This document shows, piece by piece, positions 58,577 to 64,000 of a stretch of DNA of 64,000 bases (positions are counted from its first letter, which is position 1; every line of letters starts with the position of its first letter). Origin of the DNA: Aquificaceae bacterium. GTDB lineage: Bacteria > Aquificota > Aquificia > Aquificales > Aquificaceae. Below the pieces are notes generated by a model. That model did no database searches, was not told the origin of the DNA, and was given only the letters and a program-made list of their open reading frames with translations. Made by a program: the position numbers and the translations under genes. Location: contig JBEPZX010000001.1 in assembly GCA_041640635.1 (NCBI GenBank), forward strand, positions 1 through 64,000, read 5' to 3'.

Positions 58577-59303
58577 AAAACACACCTCTGTATGTTGGAT
58601 TAAAAGCGTTAAAACTAACCTTTATAGCCTCGTCTATCTTTCCAAACTTTTCCTCAAAACCATCTATGTTAGGTTTGTCTATTGGTCCGTAGCATCCATA
58701 ACATCCTCGCCTGAAGGATGGGCATAGGGCTCCGCACCCTGCACGCGTTATTGGTCCAAGACACAGAGCGTTTTTAAGTACTACAACGCAAGGGTTACCT
58801 TTTCTTTTACACTCAAGACACACGGGATAGGAAATTTCCATAGGACTTTTACCCAAAAGTGTAGAGATTAAAAACTCCTTCAAAGCATCGCTGTTTATTG
58901 GACAGCCAAACAGGCTGAAGTCAACTTTAACATAGCGGGAAATAGGGTAAGCGTTCCTTAGAACATTCTCCATTTCCAAGTCTTTGTAGACTTCTTTAAA
59001 GACTTCTTCGTAGTTTTCAAAGTTCCTCGCCGACTGTATGCCACCGGAGACGGCGCAAGCACCTATGGCTACGAGCACTTTTGATCTCTCCCTTATGGAT
59101 TTTATCCTTTCTATCTCCTCCTGTGTCGATATGGATCCTTCCACAAAGGAGATGTCGAAACTGTCGTAGACGTTTTTGGAAGATGCCTCAAGAAAGTAAA
59201 GGATCTCGAGTTTCTCAGAAAGCCTCAGTATCTCTTCGCTAAGGTCAAAGAAAGCCAGCTGACAACCATCGCACGAGGAGAACTTAAAGACGCCTACTTT
59301 CAT
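58566..59303 (-). CDS. Group 3b hydrogenase small (delta) subunit
   Basis: FSSCDGCQ, EGS, GACAVSGG, GCP, VCLECK, CLGP..RAGCGALCP, CYGCYGP. Confidence 0.92.
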   Translation of the reverse strand: MKVGVFKFSSCDGCQLAFFDLSEEILRLSEKLEILYFLEASSKNVYDSFDISFVEGSISTQEEIERIKSIRERSKVLVAIGACAVSGGIQSARNFENYEEVFKEVYKDLEMENVLRNAYPISRYVKVDFSLFGCPINSDALKEFLISTLLGKSPMEISYPVCLECKRKGNPCVVVLKNALCLGPITRAGCGALCPSFRRGCYGCYGPIDKPNIDGFEEKFGKIDEAIKVSFNAFNPTYRGVFYED

Positions 59304-59315
59304 AGTTGTTACCTC

Positions 59316-59601
59316 AATGAAAATATATTCCGGTAAGTTGGCTTTGTCAGAATGTTCCTCAAATCCGTAGTTGATGCAGATAAATTTCTGCTAGGTCTTT
59401 CAGGGCGAAATTTCCCCCGCTTTTTGTGCCTTACATGCTTTAAATCCTCAATTACAATCATTCCACCTTTAGTCAAGACTAACTCCGATATTTCTCCTCT
59501 GAGAATTAACTGTCTCCTTTACCTGTCTGTTTGAAAACCTCAAGCTTTTCTGCAGTTTTGTAACTGGTCCCAAAATCCTTTGCATATGTTGATAATTTCA
59601 T
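59316..59601 (-). mobile_element. Collapsed IS607-family relic (TnpA and TnpB fragments)
   Basis: Minus-strand fragments in IS607 order: MKLSTYAKDFGTSYKTA (59601-59551), LILRGEISELVLT (59509-59471), MIVIEDLK (59461-59438), QKFICINYGFEEHSD (59390-59346). Confidence 0.7.
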
Positions 59602-59612
59602 AGGGATTTTAT

Positions 59613-60416
59613 TTATACCTCCTTCCTCTCGAAGAACTCCTTTATGGTATCGTACCTAAATACGGGTCCATCCTTACAAACAAAGTAGGGACCTATCATA
59701 CAGTGTCCGCACGTGCCCACCGAGCACTTCATATGCCTTTCCAAGGATGCATAAATGTTTTCTTCCGTTACACCTTTCTCTCTCAGAACATCTTTACAGG
59801 CTTTTACCATAGGATCCGGTCCGCACATAAAGACGATGGTGTTTTCGGATAAAGACATGTCCCTTATTAGATCCGTAACAAAACCTACCTTTCCTTTCCA
59901 TTCTTTACTGGGGCTGTTAACGATAATCTCAAAGTGTGCTCTTTTTGCCCACTGCTCGTAAAGGTAAGTGTATAGCAAACTCTGGGTATCTTTGGATCCA
60001 TAAAGGTGTATAACCTTTTTAATTGGATGTGTGCCTTTTATAGCCTCTTCAAATATCCATCTGGTGGCTGCTAAACCAAGACCCCCTGATATTATGAGTA
60101 GATCCCTATTGTAAGCCTTTTCTATGTCCCACGTGTTCCCATAAGGTCCCCTGTAGTAGAGAAGGTCGCCTTCCTTCAAAGAGTCTAAATGTCTTGTCAC
60201 ATCCCCTACCGCTCTCACGGTATGCACCACGTAGCCAGAACCCTTGCTGGCTATAGTTATAGGAGACTCGCCAATTCCAAAGGCGTAGAGCATATTGTAC
60301 TGACCTGGAAAAGCCTGTTCCTGTGTGCGTATGTGAAAGGTGTATGTATTTTCAGACTCTTTAATTACCTTTTCTATGTAACCTTCTTTGAGCGTATAGG
60401 GATTAAGAACCTGCAA
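59613..60416 (-). CDS. Group 3b hydrogenase gamma subunit (FAD/NAD-binding, 2Fe-2S)
   Basis: [40 protein letters not shown]. Confidence 0.92.
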   Translation of the reverse strand: MQVLNPYTLKEGYIEKVIKESENTYTFHIRTQEQAFPGQYNMLYAFGIGESPITIASKGSGYVVHTVRAVGDVTRHLDSLKEGDLLYYRGPYGNTWDIEKAYNRDLLIISGGLGLAATRWIFEEAIKGTHPIKKVIHLYGSKDTQSLLYTYLYEQWAKRAHFEIIVNSPSKEWKGKVGFVTDLIRDMSLSENTIVFMCGPDPMVKACKDVLREKGVTEENIYASLERHMKCSVGTCGHCMIGPYFVCKDGPVFRYDTIKEFFERKEV

Positions 60417-61521
60417 CTCTACTTACCTCCTCCCTTATGTCTATACCTACTGGGCACCAAGTGATGCACCTACCGCAACCTACGCACCCAAAGGATCCAA
60501 ACTGGTCTATCCAGTAAGCGAACTTATGCATCAGCCACTGCCTGTATCTGGAAGCTACGCTTTCCCTTATGTTGAACCTGTGGACAGTTGCAAAGGATGG
60601 ACTAAAGCAAGAGTCCCAAACACGAACCCTTCTTGATGTTGTAAGATCCGTATCCGTAATCTCTACGATGTCAAAACAAAAACACGTGGGACAAACTTGT
60701 GTACAGCTCGTGCACGCAAGGCATCTTTTGCCCACATTTTCGTAGTGTTCAATATCCATCTTACTGTATAGAGCATCTCTTAACCCTTGAGTGTTTACAC
60801 CAAACTTCATAGATTCTCTTACTCTTTCTTCTATGGCTCTTTTCTCTTCCATGTGTTTTTCTGTTACCGCTCCCAAAGGTATCCCTTCCAGAACCTCCCA
60901 GGCTCTGCTTGATGCCACCTGCACTATAAAAACGTCCTCCAATTCCGTAAGCAGTATATCGAAACCCTCCTTACAGTGTGGACCAGTGTTCATATAGGAG
61001 CAAAAGCATGTCTTAGTTGCAAAAGCACAGTCTACAGCTACTATGAATAGGTTTTCTCTCTTGGTTTCGTAGTGTTTATCTCGATAGGGTGCGTTTAGGT
61101 AAACCTTGTCCATTATTTTCAAAGCCGATAAATCGCAAGATCTCACATCAAATAAAGCTACTTTGTCCGCCTGAGCGCTGTCCTCAAAGACTATCCTGTT
61201 GTTCTTTATTTTGATAGTCAAAAGGACCTCTTCAGAAGGTCTCAAGAGTTTTTTAAAGGAATCTACCGGGTGTGTATAGGTAAAGTAGCCTTCTTGCCTC
61301 TCTAAGCTGTAATATCCTGGGCTTTCGTGGTTCCTATAACCGAAGGAAAGCTCATGAATACTACTTACCCAATCGTAAGAAATAAAGCCATCCTTGAGTT
61401 TTGGAGCATAGACTTTGTAAAGTTTGGTAAGGTTTTTAAACAGATCCTCTATCGAGTTTTTCTCTAGGGTTCCTAACCAGTAGTTGCCCCCTCTTTCTTT
61501 GTCTTTTCCCTTGCTCTCCAC
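60403..61521 (-). CDS. Group 3b hydrogenase beta subunit (4Fe-4S; start uncertain)
   Basis: [45 protein letters not shown]. Confidence 0.9.
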   Translation of the reverse strand: MESKGKDKERGGNYWLGTLEKNSIEDLFKNLTKLYKVYAPKLKDGFISYDWVSSIHELSFGYRNHESPGYYSLERQEGYFTYTHPVDSFKKLLRPSEEVLLTIKIKNNRIVFEDSAQADKVALFDVRSCDLSALKIMDKVYLNAPYRDKHYETKRENLFIVAVDCAFATKTCFCSYMNTGPHCKEGFDILLTELEDVFIVQVASSRAWEVLEGIPLGAVTEKHMEEKRAIEERVRESMKFGVNTQGLRDALYSKMDIEHYENVGKRCLACTSCTQVCPTCFCFDIVEITDTDLTTSRRVRVWDSCFSPSFATVHRFNIRESVASRYRQWLMHKFAYWIDQFGSFGCVGCGRCITWCPVGIDIREEVSRVAGS

Positions 61522-62600
61522 TTTAAATACCCCACTATAAATTCATCTATGTCCCCGTCTAAAACCGCTTCCACGTTTCCTATCTCTATACCTGTTCTTA
61601 AGTCCTTTACCATCTGGTAAGGCTGGAATACGTAAGATCTTATTTGGTATCCCCACCCAATGTCCGTCTTCTCCCCTTCCAAAGCTTTCTTCTTTTCTTC
61701 GAGTTTTTGAAGCTCCAGTTGATAAAGTTTGGCTTTTAGAAGTTCTAGGGCTTTTAACCTATTTTGCAGTTGTGACCTTTCCTGTTGGCAAGAAACTACT
61801 ATGCCAGTGGGTTTGTGCCTTAGTCTAACCGCCGTATCCGTTTTGTTTACATACTGCCCACCCGCACCGCTGGCTCTAAAGGTTTCCATCTCTATATCCT
61901 CTTCCCTTATCTCTATGTTTATGGATTCGTCTATCTCCGGAACGACGGATACGGATGCAAAGGAAGTGTGCCTTCTGGCGTTGGCATCAAAGGGAGATAT
62001 TCTAACGAGTCTGTGAATTCCGTTTTCACCCTTTAGGTATCCGTAAGCGTAATGTCCCTTTATTCGAATAGTGGCACTCTTTATACCTGCAACGTCGTCG
62101 GGGTTTATGTCTATCAGTTCCACTTCGTAGTCATGCTTTTCCGCCCACCGTGTATACATTCTGAGAAGCATACTCGCCCAGTCGCAGGCTTCTACACCAC
62201 CGGCGCCAGACTGAACTGTCAAGTAAGCGTTTTTTGGATCCATCTCCTCAGACAGGAAGGTTTTAATTTCCAAGTCCTTTATGGGCTCTTCTATACTTTG
62301 GAGTTCTTCGTATAGCATCTGAACTGTTTCCATATCCTCTTCAGGTGTAACTTCTAAGATATCGGCAATATCAGAGAGGCTTTTGTTTATGGATTCAAAC
62401 TCCTTTATGGTTTCTTCGATCCACTTTCTCTTCTGCGTTAATGTTTTTGTTTTTTCTTGGTCCTTCCAGATGTCTCCTTCAGACATAAGATGGTCTATCT
62501 GTTTTAGTTCCCTTTTTAGTGAATCCAGATCTATTGTAGCCTTAATTTCCTCAAACTTATCTCCTAATTCTTGGAATTTTTCTTTTATCTGTGCAAGCAT
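61473..62600 (-). CDS. prfB: Peptide chain release factor 2 (start likely ATG 62600)
   Basis: SPF anticodon-mimic motif, [16 protein letters not shown]. Confidence 0.95.
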   Translation of the reverse strand: MLAQIKEKFQELGDKFEEIKATIDLDSLKRELKQIDHLMSEGDIWKDQEKTKTLTQKRKWIEETIKEFESINKSLSDIADILEVTPEEDMETVQMLYEELQSIEEPIKDLEIKTFLSEEMDPKNAYLTVQSGAGGVEACDWASMLLRMYTRWAEKHDYEVELIDINPDDVAGIKSATIRIKGHYAYGYLKGENGIHRLVRISPFDANARRHTSFASVSVVPEIDESINIEIREEDIEMETFRASGAGGQYVNKTDTAVRLRHKPTGIVVSCQQERSQLQNRLKALELLKAKLYQLELQKLEEKKKALEGEKTDIGWGYQIRSYVFQPYQMVKDLRTGIEIGNVEAVLDGDIDEFIVGYLKWRAREKTKKEGATTG

Positions 62601-62726
62601 AAGATTAAAATATAGATCTTGGAAGCTGAAAATAAACACATCAAGGAAAACTATGATTAAAGCGACTATTGCAGGGTATAATAAAATTACAATAGGAAAT
62701 TTTCTAGTTCCCGAGTTCTATTTAGT

Positions 62727-63212
62727 ATGGAACTAAATAAGGAGCTACGACAGATAGATATAAGAGAACTTAGAAAAGAGGATTTACAACAGGTGTATTT
62801 AATCAACAAAGAAAATTTCACAACAGATGCGTGGACTATGGAAGGCTTTGAAAGAGAGCTTTCCTTGGATTACTCTAGATCTTACATAATGGAAATAGAC
62901 AACCAAATAATAGGGTATGCCATAGTCTGGACTGTATATGATGAAGCTAATATAATGACATTTGCTATAAAAAAAGAATTCTGGGGAAAGGGATTAGGGA
63001 AGTATCTTTTAAGCAAGGTTATTCAGGATATTAAGCCTGCTGTAAGTAGAATACTTCTTGACGTGAGAGTTTCAAACATAAGAGCTATAAACTTATACAA
63101 AAGTGCTGGTTTTAAAGTATTAAATGTTAGATACAAATACTATTCCGATGGTGAAAACGCATACCAAATGTGTTTGGAGTTAAAAGATGAAGATAAAGGG
63201 ACGGAAGCTTAA
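62727..63212 (+). CDS. rimI: Ribosomal protein S18 alanine N-acetyltransferase
   Basis: GNAT: GKGLG, LDVRVSN.RAINLY, YYSDGENA. Confidence 0.88.
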   Translation: MELNKELRQIDIRELRKEDLQQVYLINKENFTTDAWTMEGFERELSLDYSRSYIMEIDNQIIGYAIVWTVYDEANIMTFAIKKEFWGKGLGKYLLSKVIQDIKPAVSRILLDVRVSNIRAINLYKSAGFKVLNVRYKYYSDGENAYQMCLELKDEDKGTEA

Positions 63213-63711
63213 GAAAGTCATAAGTTCTAAAGATATAAAGAAGCGTTTGAAAGAACTAGCTGCACAGATAGAAAGAGCTCTTGGGAACGACTTTGTTGTT
63301 GTAGGTTTGTTAAAGGGATCCTTTATATTCATGGCGGATCTCGTAAGGGAATTTAAAAAGCCAGTGATTTTGGATTTTATATGGACTTCAAGCTATGGGT
63401 CTTCTATGGAAAGTCAAAGACATGTAAGAGTCTTAAAAGATTTGGAAATGGACATAGAGGGGAAAAATATATTACTAGTAGATGATATTTTGGATACTGG
63501 TTACACTTTAAAGGAAGTTAAAGAGATACTAGAGGTAAAAGGCGCAAAGAGTGTGAGTGTATGTGTGCTTCTTGATAAAAAGGAAAGGCGTGAAGTAGAT
63601 ATAGAAGCTGATTTTGTAGGCTTTGAAGTGCCAAACGTGTTTCTAGTAGGATACGGATTAGATTGGTCGGAAGAAGGGCGGAATTTAAGGGATATTTATT
63701 CAATAGAGTGA
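63187..63711 (+). CDS. hpt: Hypoxanthine phosphoribosyltransferase
   Basis: LKGSFIFMADL, SSYG, VDDILDTGYT, FLVGYGLD. Confidence 0.94.
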   Translation: MKIKGRKLKKVISSKDIKKRLKELAAQIERALGNDFVVVGLLKGSFIFMADLVREFKKPVILDFIWTSSYGSSMESQRHVRVLKDLEMDIEGKNILLVDDILDTGYTLKEVKEILEVKGAKSVSVCVLLDKKERREVDIEADFVGFEVPNVFLVGYGLDWSEEGRNLRDIYSIE

Positions 63712-63739
63712 TTTTTAAGAAAAATTTTGTTAAATTTGC

Positions 63740-63768
63740 TTGACATGCAATTTTGTGATCTTTAAAAT
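63740..63768 (+). promoter_or_regulatory. Consensus sigma70 promoter of hup
   Basis: TTGACA (63740) N17 TAAAAT (63763); AAGGAGG SD downstream. Confidence 0.7.
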
Positions 63769-63802
63769 ATGTAGTATCAAAATTTTTAAGGAGGGACAAG
63801 CG

Positions 63803-64000
63803 ATGACAAAAGCTGAACTCATTTCTGCAATTGCGAAAAGTGCTGGCTTAACCAAAAAGCAAGCAGATGCAGCTTTTAAAGCTGCGGTAGATGCTGTGGC
63901 AAACTCTATAAAGAAAGGTGAAAGAGTTGCCATTCCAGGTTTTGGTACGTTCTCCGTTAGACAAAGAGCTGCAAGAAAGGGAAGAAATCCGAGAACGGGA
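63803..64000 (+). CDS. hup: DNA-binding protein HU (partial, runs off window end; absent from ORF track)
   Basis: MTKAELISAIAK...GFGTFSVRQRAARKGRNPRTG. Confidence 0.95.
   Translation, partial: MTKAELISAIAKSAGLTKKQADAAFKAAVDAVANSIKKGERVAIPGFGTFSVRQRAARKGRNPRTG

Noticed and set aside
62601..62736. Hydrophobic in-frame stretch upstream of prfB and a 27-codon plus-strand ORF at 62653
   Set aside because: The stretch is closed by a stop, with only an SD-less GTG (62639) inside it; the short ORF has no supporting motif; both are explainable by AT-rich promoter DNA
63730..63933. Minus-strand 67-aa ORF
   Set aside because: Antisense to hup, which has a consensus promoter, SD and HU signature

Overview
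Gene-dense chromosomal window from a thermophilic Aquificaceae bacterium (Hydrogenobacter/Thermocrinis-like). The lineage is inferred from citryl-CoA lyase, a short MutL, a stand-alone 5'-3' exonuclease, BpsA, DHQ synthase II and an Aquifex-like tmRNA and IscU. Most genes are housekeeping (fabG, trpB2, gltX, pstSCAB, sod, lpdA, mutL, hisF, ubiX, thiE, aroE, murE, ychF, pilT/pilC, ccl, infC, lepB, metK, prfB, rimI, hpt, hup). The window also holds tmRNA, two TusA-centred sulfur-relay clusters, two diguanylate cyclases, an RND+MFS efflux cluster with TetR, and a group 3b NiFe hydrogenase operon. No CRISPR array, rRNA, tRNA, prophage or intact transposon was seen. Notable signals not named by the ORF track: (1) a collapsed IS607 (TnpA+TnpB fragments) relic inside the hydrogenase operon; (2) a secreted 14-repeat WD40 protein with a near-constant scaffold and hypervariable surface positions; (3) a palindromic twin extended -10 promoter with a central TetR-type operator; (4) pervasive leaderless and back-to-back promoters; (5) a mini-gene derived from the pstS 5' end; (6) a PriA lacking helicase motifs. 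All calls come from motif recognition by eye; no database searches were run.
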